In this document: positions 52,855-62,712 of the stretch, in pieces
How positions within the stretch are numbered: the first letter of the stretch is position 1
Layout of the letters: each line of letters starts with the position of its first letter
Origin: an uncultured Gammaproteobacteria bacterium
Lineage (GTDB): Bacteria; Pseudomonadota; Gammaproteobacteria; Ga0077536
DNA: 64,000 bases
Assembly: GCA_938082545.1 (NCBI GenBank)
Contig: CALKCL010000014.1
Span: 12,286 to 76,285, forward strand
Reading direction: 5' to 3'
Translations under genes and position numbers: made by a program
The notes under the pieces: generated by a model
The model's input: only the letters and a program-made list of their open reading frames with translations
Database searches by the model: none
What the model was told of the DNA's origin: nothing

Positions 52855-53880
52855 TTACTGTTTAAAGGTGTGCGTGTAGTTAATGAAGTCTGAAAACTTT
52901 TTAGCAGCTTTACCCTCAATGAGAGCATTTGAAGCCATTTGAACACCTGAGCCAAGATCCGAGACAAGGCCGCCTACATATAGTGCCGCTCCTGCATTTA
53001 ACGCGACTACATTGTGGGCGGGACCTCTCTCTCCCCTAAATATCTGATTGATTATGAATAAGCTTTCGCTAGGGCTTGTCGCCAATAAGGCTTGGTTATT
53101 TTCTTCTTGCTGTATATTGAAGTCATCGGGCTTTATTTGGAAATGCTTGACGACTCCGTCCTTTACCTCGGCTACTGTTGTTGAGGCTGAAATGCTTATC
53201 TCATCCATACCATCGGCAGCACAAACTATAAGCGTATGCTTCGTTCCTAGTGTCTTTAATACATCAGCGATTTTTGGGACCCACATCGGTGAGAATACTC
53301 CTATCACTTGCCGATCAGCACTTGCAGGATTAGTCATCGGACCTAAGATATTAAATAAGGTTCGAGCTCCAATTTGTTTTCTTACTCTCCCTGCATGCCT
53401 TGTAGCCCCATGATGGGCGGGCGCGAACATAAAACCGATCCCATTAACATGCATACATTTAACTACTTGTTCGGGAGATAATGCTATAAGCGCACCTGCT
53501 GCCTCCAGCACATCTGCGCTGCCACTTGTGCTGCTAGCTGCCCTATTCCCATGTTTTGCTACGAGCCCGCCACATGCTGCAGTAACGAAAGCTGCAGCGG
53601 TAGATATATTGAAGCTGCTACTGCCATCTCCGCCAGTACCACAGGTGTCTATTAAAGGTGCAAGGCCAACATCTACTTTTGTAGCAAATTTACGCATCAC
53701 CGTGACAGCTGCTGAGATCTCATCAGTGGTTTCTTCTTTCATTTTTAATGCTATTAAAAATGCGGCTATTTGTACGTCAGAAATCGCACCGGACATCATT
53801 TCGGTCATTATTGTAGTCATTTCATCGTAGGAGAGATCATCACCGTCAGCTACTTGCTTTATATTTCTGCTAATGTCCAC
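52855..53880 (-). CDS. trpD: Anthranilate phosphoribosyltransferase
   Basis: DTCGTGGDG, FNIST, KHGNR and GSADVLE motifs. Confidence 0.96.
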   Translation of the reverse strand: MDISRNIKQVADGDDLSYDEMTTIMTEMMSGAISDVQIAAFLIALKMKEETTDEISAAVTVMRKFATKVDVGLAPLIDTCGTGGDGSSSFNISTAAAFVTAACGGLVAKHGNRAASSTSGSADVLEAAGALIALSPEQVVKCMHVNGIGFMFAPAHHGATRHAGRVRKQIGARTLFNILGPMTNPASADRQVIGVFSPMWVPKIADVLKTLGTKHTLIVCAADGMDEISISASTTVAEVKDGVVKHFQIKPDDFNIQQEENNQALLATSPSESLFIINQIFRGERGPAHNVVALNAGAALYVGGLVSDLGSGVQMASNALIEGKAAKKFSDFINYTHTFKQ

Positions 53881-53890
53881 TTAGCCTACC

Positions 53891-54469
53891 TTATCGTTTT
53901 AAAAAATTTTCGAGCAACAGATGACCATGCTCAGTTAAGATTGATTCAGGATGAAATTGTATACCAAACAAAGGTAAGTTGAGATGCCTAATACCCATAA
54001 TTTCGTCTATTTCTCCATTTGGAAGCTTTGTCCATGCAGTGATCTTAAAGCACTCAGGCAGTGATTTTTGGTCTATGATTAATGAGTGATAACGCGTCGC
54101 TGTATAAGGGCTTGGAAGGTTCTCGAAAAGGTCTTTTTTATTATGGTGGATTAATGAAGTCTTCCCATGCATAACTTGACGTGCATGTGTAATTTTTCCG
54201 CCAAAGGCTTGCCCTAAACTTTGGTGGCCAAGACACACGCCAAGTATAGGCATGACTTTACTGAACTTTATTATAGTATCAATCGATATCCCCGCTTCAT
54301 TTGGGGAGCAGGGGCCTGGTGATATGACAATGTGAGTCGGTGCAATTTTGCTAATGTCCGAAGTTTTTATTTCATCGTTCCTTACAACTCTAACGTCTTC
54401 TCCTAATTCCCCCAAATATTGAACTAAGTTATAAGTAAAAGAGTCATAGTTGTCTATCATTAGGATCAT
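53891..54469 (-). CDS. trpG: Anthranilate/aminodeoxychorismate synthase glutamine amidotransferase component
   Basis: [24 protein letters not shown] and QFHPES motifs. Confidence 0.93.
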   Translation of the reverse strand: MILMIDNYDSFTYNLVQYLGELGEDVRVVRNDEIKTSDISKIAPTHIVISPGPCSPNEAGISIDTIIKFSKVMPILGVCLGHQSLGQAFGGKITHARQVMHGKTSLIHHNKKDLFENLPSPYTATRYHSLIIDQKSLPECFKITAWTKLPNGEIDEIMGIRHLNLPLFGIQFHPESILTEHGHLLLENFLKR

Positions 54470-54470
54470 G

Positions 54471-55178
54471 TTAATTTATCAACTTTTTTTCTAATTCATC
54501 TAGATCGCCACAGAGTTTTTTTATTAATGAAGGGAGCAAATCTAGACTGTCAATCATAAAGCTCGGGTCATACTTTTTTAGATCAATACCACCGTGGTAT
54601 CCATAACTAACGCATATCGAATAAACATCAGCATTTTTCGCAGCTCGCAGATCTGTAATCGAATCTCCGACCATCACGGTATTATTGCGATCGCTGTTTG
54701 TTTGCTCGATTGCATGGATAATTGGTAGAGGACTAGGTTTTTTTTCTTTGAGGCTATTTCCTCCAAGAAGGATGTCAAACAGTTGGGCTAACCCCGCTTT
54801 TTCTAATAATGGCAATGCATACTCATAAGGTTTGTTAGTGATGCACCCTAGTTTAAAGCCTGCAGACTTTAACTCATCCAAAGATTCTAGAGCTCCTGAA
54901 TATATTACAGAATCGACGAATAAATTTTCGCTATAGTACTTGGAAAAGTCCTTGTAGACCTTTGAGAAATAATTTTCCGGTGCCACGCCATCCATTTCTT
55001 TTGTAATCGCTCTATGCATTAATTTAGCTGAACCTTCACCAATATAGGTGCGCGCAGTGAGCTCTGATAACGGTGCGATGTTAGCAGCCTTTAGACCGTT
55101 ATTAACTGCGGAGCAGATATCGGGGGCAGTATCGATTAGAGTGCCATCGAGATCAAATAGGACTAATTTCTCAGACAT
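54471..55178 (-). CDS. gph: Phosphoglycolate phosphatase (HAD)
   Basis: FDLDGTL.D, TNKP, KKPSP and MVGDS..D motifs; follows rpe. Confidence 0.9.
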   Translation of the reverse strand: MSEKLVLFDLDGTLIDTAPDICSAVNNGLKAANIAPLSELTARTYIGEGSAKLMHRAITKEMDGVAPENYFSKVYKDFSKYYSENLFVDSVIYSGALESLDELKSAGFKLGCITNKPYEYALPLLEKAGLAQLFDILLGGNSLKEKKPSPLPIIHAIEQTNSDRNNTVMVGDSITDLRAAKNADVYSICVSYGYHGGIDLKKYDPSFMIDSLDLLPSLIKKLCGDLDELEKKLIN

Positions 55179-55179
55179 T

Positions 55180-55854
55180 TTAGGAATTAGTGTCTAGTTT
55201 TTTTCTAAGCTCGGAGATGGCTTTCTTATAGTTAGATTGATTGAATATGGCTGACCCAGCAACAAAAGTATCTGCTCCAGCTAAGCCGATGTCTCCAATA
55301 TTATCTACATTAATTCCACCGTCAACTTCAAGTCGTATGGGACAGCATGAATCGTCGATTAGCTTTCTCACAGCACTTATTTTAGTCAAGGTGCTTTTAA
55401 TGAAGGACTGGCCGCCAAACCCAGGGTTTACCGACATTAAGAGTATAATATCCAGCTTATCCATAACATGTTCAAGGTAGCTTAGAGATGTGGCGGGGTT
55501 TAGTACTAGGCCGGCTTTACAACCACCGTCTCTGATTTGCTGAAGATTTCTGTCCACATGCTCGCTCGCCTCCGGGTGAAACGTGATGCTGCTAGCTCCG
55601 CTTTCGATGAAATCGTCTATCAGTCTATCTACTGGCTTCACCATGAGATGGACATCAATGGGCGTCGAAATACCATGCGCCCGTAATGCTTTGCAAACCA
55701 TTGGTCCGATTGTTAAATTTGGCACGTAATGGTTATCCATTACATCAAAGTGGATCCAGTTGGCTCCCGCGTTTACGACCGCTTCCACTTCCTCGCCCAG
55801 TCTGGCGAAGTCAGCAGACAGGATGGATGGTGCTATGATTGGAGAAAACTTCAT
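55180..55854 (-). CDS. rpe: Ribulose-phosphate 3-epimerase
   Basis: [30 protein letters not shown] and EVDGG motifs. Confidence 0.97.
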   Translation of the reverse strand: MKFSPIIAPSILSADFARLGEEVEAVVNAGANWIHFDVMDNHYVPNLTIGPMVCKALRAHGISTPIDVHLMVKPVDRLIDDFIESGASSITFHPEASEHVDRNLQQIRDGGCKAGLVLNPATSLSYLEHVMDKLDIILLMSVNPGFGGQSFIKSTLTKISAVRKLIDDSCCPIRLEVDGGINVDNIGDIGLAGADTFVAGSAIFNQSNYKKAISELRKKLDTNS

Positions 55855-56015
55855 TTTTAACCCTAGTTCCGGCTACGATATTTTTGATTTTATCAGTACC
55901 CAAGTTTTAATTTTTTGTGAAAGCCATCGTATCAGTAATGATACTCTACTGAATTGACAAAATTAATCACTAATTCTCTTCAAGAAGAGTGTGATGATTG
56001 GCCTATGAAGGCAGC

Positions 56016-57095
56016 TTAGTTCTTTTTATGCTCCAGTATGGCCCAATTTACGTGTTCAACAACCATTTCGTCTGGGAAAGTTAGTCTTTTCTCGAGCGCT
56101 TGTAGTACTTCTGGTGATGTTGGGGCATTTCCTAGAGCTATTGCAAGATTACGTATCCATTGGGGATAACTTACTCGTCTTATAGCAGATCCTATTGTTA
56201 TCTTTTCAAACTCGTCTTCGTCGAGAAGAAACAGATCTGTGAGTTTGGTCTTTTCGAGACCATGCCGGGGTGTAAAATCCGTCACAGCAGTTAATTTCGC
56301 ATACTTGTTCCAGGGACAAAACAATTGACAGTCGTCGCAACCGAATATTCGATTTCCAATAGATTTTCTAAACTCAATGGGGATCGATTTTTTTGATTCT
56401 ATAGTTAAGTAGGAAATGCAACGGTTAGCATCAAGTCGGTAAGGGGCGATGATTGCTTTTGTTGGACAAACATCAATACACTCCCTACAGGTTCCACAAT
56501 GGTTTTTAGGCTCGACTTTTGAAGGTTCTAACGGGATATCAGTGAAAATTTCTCCTAGAAAAAACATGGAACCATCTTTTTTACTTATCAGATTAGTATT
56601 TTTCCCGATCCAGCCTAGGCCGCTATTTCGGGCTAGCGCTCGTTCTAATACGGGCGCACTATCAGTAAATACGCGATAACCAAGAGAACCGACGTGATCT
56701 TGGATACTATTTGCAAGTTTCTTCAATTTGGATCTTAAAACTTTGTGATAGTCGCGACCCAATGCGTAACGCGAGACATAAGCGATATCAGCTTTTTCGA
56801 GAGCCTTAATTGAATCGTCAAGGTCCACACTGAGATAGTCGCACCGAACGGATATGACAGATAATGTCCCAGGTATTAGTTTTTTGGGATCATATCTTTT
56901 TGGAGCATTCTGTTCCAAGTATGCCATTGAGCCGTGGTACCCCTTATCTAACCAAGATTCGAGGTAACTAATGTCCGAATTCAACTCGAGGCTTGCGATT
57001 CCAACATCCTGAAAGCCCAGTTCAGACGCCCAAGTTTCGAGCTTCGAAACCATGTCTTCTTGGGAAAATTTTACTGGTAATACTATAGGTTCCAT
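56016..57095 (-). CDS. queG: Epoxyqueuosine reductase
   Basis: SRYALGRDYH, DSAPVLE, CGTCRECIDVCPT, CISYLTIE and GCDDCQ..CPWN motifs. Confidence 0.95.
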   Translation of the reverse strand: MEPIVLPVKFSQEDMVSKLETWASELGFQDVGIASLELNSDISYLESWLDKGYHGSMAYLEQNAPKRYDPKKLIPGTLSVISVRCDYLSVDLDDSIKALEKADIAYVSRYALGRDYHKVLRSKLKKLANSIQDHVGSLGYRVFTDSAPVLERALARNSGLGWIGKNTNLISKKDGSMFFLGEIFTDIPLEPSKVEPKNHCGTCRECIDVCPTKAIIAPYRLDANRCISYLTIESKKSIPIEFRKSIGNRIFGCDDCQLFCPWNKYAKLTAVTDFTPRHGLEKTKLTDLFLLDEDEFEKITIGSAIRRVSYPQWIRNLAIALGNAPTSPEVLQALEKRLTFPDEMVVEHVNWAILEHKKN

Positions 57096-57233
57096 GTATT
57101 AAAATAAGTATTTCTACTTTCCCTTGGGAGCTAGAATTTATTTTTTATGTGCCCAACACATAGTTATTAATATATCCTACTCGATATTGTCTAAGTTTTT
57201 ATAATACGCTGTAGCTAATAAGTGGGTGAAAAT

Positions 57234-58283
57234 ATGATTGAGCTATTCAGAACCTGGTATGACCGTTATTTCTCAGACCCTCAAGCGGCATTATTAGTAA
57301 CTGTACTGTTATTGTCATTTGGATGCTTGGCATTTTTTGGTGAAATGCTGGCGCCTTGTCTTGCCTCTGTGGTGATAGCTTATCTGCTCGAAACTTCTGT
57401 TTGTTCCCTTCAGAGACTCGGTTTTGGAAGGAATTTAGCTGCAGGAGTTATATTTACGGTATTCATCTTAGCTTTGATTCTTCTTGTTGGCGGTTTAGTT
57501 CCACTTTTATCGTCGCAGTTAACTAGTTTTGTGCGTGATTTGCCTGGCACCATTAACGTTTGGCGAGAGGCTTTATTGCAACTGCCAGAAACCTATCCAA
57601 ATTTCTTGTCTGCTGAGCAGATAGATGCTTTAACAGGCAGCGTCCGGACAAAAATTAGCAGTTTGGGGCAGAATGCACTTACTTTCTCTATTGCATCTAT
57701 CCCCGCAATGGTGACTTTGCTGGTTTACTTAGTGCTAGGGCCGGTCTTGGTCTTTTTTCTCTTAAAAGATAAAACACAAATCTTAGCTTGGTTGTTGAGT
57801 TATCTTCCGCAAGACCGAATGGTGCTATCTTCTGTTTGGAGAGACGTTGATCGACAGATAGGTAACTATGTCCGTGGAAAGTTTTACGAGATTTTAATAG
57901 TAGGACTAGTTTCTTATGTTTGCTTTGCGTCTTTAGGTCTTTCATATGCGCCGCTTCTTGCAGTTTTGACTGGAGTATCCGTGATCGTCCCTTACATTGG
58001 AGCGGTTGTGGTAACGGTGCCGATTGCGGTCGCGGCCTATAGTCAATTTGGTTTAGTAGGCGATCAGTTTTTCTGGACGATGGTCGTTTATGGCATTATT
58101 CAAGCTTTAGATGGGAACTTATTAGTGCCCTTACTCTTTTCAGATGTTGTTAATCTTCATCCTATAGCAATAATAATATCCATTCTGGTTTTTGGCGGAC
58201 TTTGGGGGTTCTGGGGAGTTTTTTTTGCTATTCCTTTGGCGACGTTGGTTCACTCCCTCCTCAATGCTTGGCCTAGAACTTAA
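57234..58283 (+). CDS. AI-2E family transporter (PerM-like)
   Basis: RYFSDPQA, multiple TMs, NYVRGK, DGNLLVP.LFS and LHP motifs. Confidence 0.88.
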   Translation: MIELFRTWYDRYFSDPQAALLVTVLLLSFGCLAFFGEMLAPCLASVVIAYLLETSVCSLQRLGFGRNLAAGVIFTVFILALILLVGGLVPLLSSQLTSFVRDLPGTINVWREALLQLPETYPNFLSAEQIDALTGSVRTKISSLGQNALTFSIASIPAMVTLLVYLVLGPVLVFFLLKDKTQILAWLLSYLPQDRMVLSSVWRDVDRQIGNYVRGKFYEILIVGLVSYVCFASLGLSYAPLLAVLTGVSVIVPYIGAVVVTVPIAVAAYSQFGLVGDQFFWTMVVYGIIQALDGNLLVPLLFSDVVNLHPIAIIISILVFGGLWGFWGVFFAIPLATLVHSLLNAWPRT

Positions 58284-58396
58284 TTTTTGCGATAAAGGTC
58301 TATTATTACAAACATGTAAGGCCCTCTTAGCGGTCTAGCCTTGTTCTAATATGCTCTAGAAGTTAATATCACTGTTTTATTCGATTAGCTCTTTAT

Positions 58397-59287
58397 ATGA
58401 TTTCTATTCAAGGCAGTATCGTTGCAATTGTGACTCCCATGAAGTCAGGTTGTGGACCCGAGACAGAAATTGACTTTTCTAGGCTTGATGAGTTAATTGA
58501 TTTTCATGTGGAGAACCAGACGGATGGCATAGTTGTCGCTGGTACTACAGGGGAATCTGCTACGTTAACTGAGCAAGAGCATTGTGATTTGATCGCGCGC
58601 GCAGTTAAGCTTGCCAAGGGACGTATTCCGGTGATTGCGGGTACGGGCGCAAATTCCACTCACGAGGCTATCCGGCTTACTGATTTTGCCAAAGAAGCCG
58701 GGGCGGATGCTTGTTTGCTGGTGACCCCTTACTACAATAAACCGACGCAAGAAGGGCTCTATCTGCATCACAAGATGATCGCTGAGTCAGTTGCGATACC
58801 ACAAATTTTATACAATGTACCAGGTAGAACTGCTTGTGACATGCTTCCTGATACTGTTGGTCGGTTGTCGGGTGTTGCTAATATTATCGGGGTTAAGGAA
58901 GCTACTGGTGATTTGTCACGCGTAGCTGCTATTAAGTCAAAGTGTCGGAAAGGCTTTTTGTTATTTAGCGGGGATGATGAGACTGCCTGTGATTTTATGC
59001 TTGAAGGAGGCGATGGAGTGATATCTGTTACCACTAATGTGGCGCCTAAGAAAATGTATGATCTTTGCATTGCGGCTAGATCTGGTCAGATTGATCGTGC
59101 CAAGGAGATCGATAGGCAATTAAATGCGTTACACAAAAATTTGTTTTTAGAAGCCAACCCGATTGCAGTGAAATGGGCTTTAGCCGAAATGGGTTTGGTT
59201 GATCAAGGTATCAGACTGCCGTTAACTTGGCTTTCAAGTGCCTACCATGAGCAGGTTCGAGACGCATTACGCCAAGCGGAAGTTTAG
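58397..59287 (+). CDS. dapA: 4-hydroxy-tetrahydrodipicolinate synthase
   Basis: GTTGES, PYYNKP, LYNVPGRT, GVKEATG and SGDD motifs. Confidence 0.96.
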   Translation: MISIQGSIVAIVTPMKSGCGPETEIDFSRLDELIDFHVENQTDGIVVAGTTGESATLTEQEHCDLIARAVKLAKGRIPVIAGTGANSTHEAIRLTDFAKEAGADACLLVTPYYNKPTQEGLYLHHKMIAESVAIPQILYNVPGRTACDMLPDTVGRLSGVANIIGVKEATGDLSRVAAIKSKCRKGFLLFSGDDETACDFMLEGGDGVISVTTNVAPKKMYDLCIAARSGQIDRAKEIDRQLNALHKNLFLEANPIAVKWALAEMGLVDQGIRLPLTWLSSAYHEQVRDALRQAEV

Positions 59288-59356
59288 TTTTTACATCGGT
59301 TTAGAGTTTAATTTGAGTAGCTGTTTTTAGGCTACCAGCACAAAGGAAGTTATTTT

Positions 59357-60472
59357 ATGTCTAGAATTCTACTGGCAATAATGGTTACGGTATTACTACT
59401 AACCGTGGGTTGCAGTAAGATCGTTCAAAGTTTGGATCAAGTGAGGACAGACAATAAAAAATCTTACGAGAGGGCAAAAACTTTGCCTGATCTTGAGATT
59501 CCTCCTGGCTTAAGTACGGAAGCCATTAATGACCGAATGGTTGTACCTGAAGGAGGCGAGGTAGCGCGTTATTCCACCTATCAAGAAAGGAACAGCCCAT
59601 TATCTGACATCCAGTCAGCAAACGAGAACGAAAATCGTGATATTAAACTCCTAGATAATGAGCACTCATTGACGCTATCCTCAAGTCTTATTTCGGCATG
59701 GCCAATATTGAAAAATTTTATCGAGGGGGAGGGCTATGCTCTTGATCTGGATGACGTAGAACTGGGTATTATGGAAACAGCATGGAAGTTTGGTTCGAAA
59801 ATAAAAAGAGAAAAGATAAAAATATTTGGAGAGGATGGGCTAAATTCTGCAACTCTTTTTATTGCACTTGAGACTGAAGAGCTTGAGAGTCAAGGAGATG
59901 ACCTCGAGTGGCGGCGGCAACCAAGAAAAGTGCAAAGTGAGCGTGAATTCGTAGATAAGCTTTTTACGTATATACGACCTGAGTCAGGTTTAGATTCTCA
60001 AGAGCCTGTGCTCCTGGAAAGTCCAGCGAATGATTCGACCGCGGCGGCACGCCTGCCTAATACTGATTTGACGCCCATTCCCAGAGAAACGGGTGTTAGC
60101 CAGCTGATTAACGTGGGCGCGGGAAAGGTTTATTTGGCACTGAAGCAGGGCTATGATGCTTCTTGGAAAACGATAGGTGCTGCTCTTGAAGATGGAGATA
60201 TAAAAGTAAAAACCGCAGATAAGAGCCGAGGCGTCTATGTCATTTCCAGAAACCCTCGGATGGGCTCAGACCAGAAAGAAAAATCCGGGGTATGGCGAAA
60301 AATGAAGTTTTGGAAAAAAGGCAAGCAGAAGGAATTACAAATAAGTCTCACCGGAGTGGCTGATAAAACTGAAGTGGTTGTTCTTGATTCTAGTGGTAGA
60401 TGGGTAACAGGAGCGGAGTCCGATAATCTGTTACAAATGCTGCATGATACGGTAAATCGGAGCAGCCGCTAG
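59357..60472 (+). CDS. bamC: Outer-membrane assembly lipoprotein BamC (NlpB/DapX)
   Basis: Lipobox TVGC, LEIPPGL and GIMETAW motifs; follows dapA. Confidence 0.78.
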   Translation: MSRILLAIMVTVLLLTVGCSKIVQSLDQVRTDNKKSYERAKTLPDLEIPPGLSTEAINDRMVVPEGGEVARYSTYQERNSPLSDIQSANENENRDIKLLDNEHSLTLSSSLISAWPILKNFIEGEGYALDLDDVELGIMETAWKFGSKIKREKIKIFGEDGLNSATLFIALETEELESQGDDLEWRRQPRKVQSEREFVDKLFTYIRPESGLDSQEPVLLESPANDSTAAARLPNTDLTPIPRETGVSQLINVGAGKVYLALKQGYDASWKTIGAALEDGDIKVKTADKSRGVYVISRNPRMGSDQKEKSGVWRKMKFWKKGKQKELQISLTGVADKTEVVVLDSSGRWVTGAESDNLLQMLHDTVNRSSR

Positions 60473-60480
60473 CTTTACAG

Positions 60481-61260
60481 ATGCGTTTTTGTGTTGTAGG
60501 TAGTGGCAGTAAGGGTAACTGTTTACTTGTGCAGGAATCCGATACTTCGATACTAATAGATTGTGGATTTTCTTTAAAAAAGCTTGCGCGGCTTTTGGAG
60601 CCTAGAGGTTTTCATCTAGATCGCCTTGATGCGATATTTATCACCCACGAGCATAACGATCATGTTGGGGGCGTAAGAAGCGTTGCCAAAGGCCTTAATA
60701 TTCCTGTTTATGGGACATCTGGGACGATACGTTCCTCGGAGCAAGCTCTTCAAGGTTTGACAGAAGTCTTAGAGCTTTCCCCATCAAGTTCTGTTTTGAT
60801 CGGCGATCTGGAAATTGAGTCGGTAATCGTTCCCCACGATGCTAGACAGCCATGTCAGTATATCGTAAACGGGTCTAATCAGAGGCTCGGTATGCTCACA
60901 GACATTGGTCACATCACTCCATTTGTCATAGAGCAGTATAAAAATTTAGATGGGTTTGTTTTAGAGTTCAACCACGATACTGCTTTAATGAAGAAAAGCG
61001 CTTACCCCCCTGTTCTTCAGGAGCGGATAGCGGGTGCATATGGTCATCTTAGCAATAGTCAGTCGGAAAATTTCCTTGAAAACTTAGATCTAACCCAGCT
61101 ACGATTTTTGGTTGCGGCACATTTGAGCCAACAAAATAACTCACCGGAACATGTCAGGCAGTGTCTAGATAGAGTTTTATCTTCGGAAGTAGTTCAACAT
61201 ATCGCTAGTCAAGAAGAGGCCTCGCCGTGGTTCGACTTGCATATTGGGGCAACAGCTTAA
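60481..61260 (+). CDS. MBL-fold metallohydrolase (YycJ/WalJ-like)
   Basis: GSGSKGN, IDCG, THEHNDH, HDA, TDIG, GHLSN and HLS..NN motifs. Confidence 0.9.
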   Translation: MRFCVVGSGSKGNCLLVQESDTSILIDCGFSLKKLARLLEPRGFHLDRLDAIFITHEHNDHVGGVRSVAKGLNIPVYGTSGTIRSSEQALQGLTEVLELSPSSSVLIGDLEIESVIVPHDARQPCQYIVNGSNQRLGMLTDIGHITPFVIEQYKNLDGFVLEFNHDTALMKKSAYPPVLQERIAGAYGHLSNSQSENFLENLDLTQLRFLVAAHLSQQNNSPEHVRQCLDRVLSSEVVQHIASQEEASPWFDLHIGATA

Positions 61261-61261
61261 T

Positions 61262-62689
61262 TTAACGCTTTTTTACGAATCGCATTAGCCTTTTTTTCTT
61301 CACCAGTTGCCGTTTGGTAAGCTGGTTTTTTCGTCCAGAATATGGGTTCTCTCCCTTGAGGAAGAAAAATTTTATCGGAGTGCCGACTAGATTTAACTCC
61401 TGCCTAAAAAAATTTTCTAGAAATTTTTTATAGCTCTCTGGCAGCTTGTCTCCTTGATTTCCATGTATGATTATTTTGGGCGGATTGCTCCCACCCATAT
61501 GCGCGAACCTTAGTTTTATTCTTCTACCTTGGACCATTGGAGGTTGGTGCGTATCGAGCGCCTTAATTAAAAGTTTTGTTAGGTCGTTTGTCTTATGTTT
61601 TTGAATTGACGCAGCTGCTGCTCTGTTTATTGAGTCAAACATCGCTTTAAGACCAGTGCCACGGAGAGCAGAAATGAAGCATATTTCGGCGTAGCGAGCA
61701 AACTTTAGTCTCCTATCTAGGGCTTTGCGGCAGTCATCACGAACCTCTTCAGATAGGTTATCCCATTTATTTACTGCGATCACAATTGATCGCCCACTAT
61801 CTATAGCTAGGCCTAAAAGATTTAGATCTTGATCTGTTATCGGTTCACGTGCGTCAATAACTAAGAGAGCAATATTGGCGAGATCCAAAGCTTGTAACGT
61901 TTGCATCACGCTGAATTTTTCTGCAATACCGTCAGTTTTCCCTTTTCTTCTTACACCAGCGGTATCAACAATTATGTAGGACTGTTCATCTCTAGTGAAG
62001 TCAAACTCAACGCTATCTCTTGTAGTACCAGGGATGTCGCTGGTGATCATTTTTTCGTCACCCAGAACGCGATTAACGAGTGTTGACTTGCCCACGTTCG
62101 GCCTTCCAAGCACAGCTATTCTAATCTGGTCCAAGTCCTCAGCTTCGGTTTCATAGTAGGAAGCTGTCTCCCATTGACTTGTTGCCAGCTCGATTAGAGA
62201 GATTAGACCTTCTCCATGTGCCGCAGAAATTGGGGTAATAGGTCCAATCTGGAGGTGGCTAAATTCCGAGAGAACTAGATCGAAATCCAGACCTTCAGTC
62301 TTATTCACGGCCACTGTAATAGGAATATTGAACTTTCTGAGCTCATCAGCGAGCATGATATCCGAAGCGTTTGAACCAGCTCTACCATCTACTACAAGGA
62401 TTATTGCGGCACATTCTTTGGCCACTTGAAGTGCTTTAGATGCTGCCGCAGCGCTGAGCTCGTCTCCATCGACGCTGTCAATTCCTCCGGTATCTACGAC
62501 TATGTATCCAGCATCACCAATCTTACCGATTCCGACTTTAGGATCTCGCGTTAGTCCCGAAATATTTGCTACTAGCGCGCTCCTAGTACGCGTTACCCTA
62601 TTGAATAGTGTGGATTTTCCAACGTTGGGTCTGCCGATTATCGCAATAGTCGGTTTGAGTTCAATACTTTCATCCTTAGGGGGTAACAT
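61262..62689 (-). CDS. der: Ribosome biogenesis GTPase Der (EngA)
   Basis: Two GRPNVGKST G domains, DTGG/DTAG, and C-terminal KH-like domain. Confidence 0.97.
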   Translation of the reverse strand: MLPPKDESIELKPTIAIIGRPNVGKSTLFNRVTRTRSALVANISGLTRDPKVGIGKIGDAGYIVVDTGGIDSVDGDELSAAAASKALQVAKECAAIILVVDGRAGSNASDIMLADELRKFNIPITVAVNKTEGLDFDLVLSEFSHLQIGPITPISAAHGEGLISLIELATSQWETASYYETEAEDLDQIRIAVLGRPNVGKSTLVNRVLGDEKMITSDIPGTTRDSVEFDFTRDEQSYIIVDTAGVRRKGKTDGIAEKFSVMQTLQALDLANIALLVIDAREPITDQDLNLLGLAIDSGRSIVIAVNKWDNLSEEVRDDCRKALDRRLKFARYAEICFISALRGTGLKAMFDSINRAAAASIQKHKTNDLTKLLIKALDTHQPPMVQGRRIKLRFAHMGGSNPPKIIIHGNQGDKLPESYKKFLENFFRQELNLVGTPIKFFFLKGENPYSGRKNQLTKRQLVKKKRLMRFVKKR

Positions 62690-62712
62690 GGGAAGTTCTA
62701 GTAGTACTAGGT

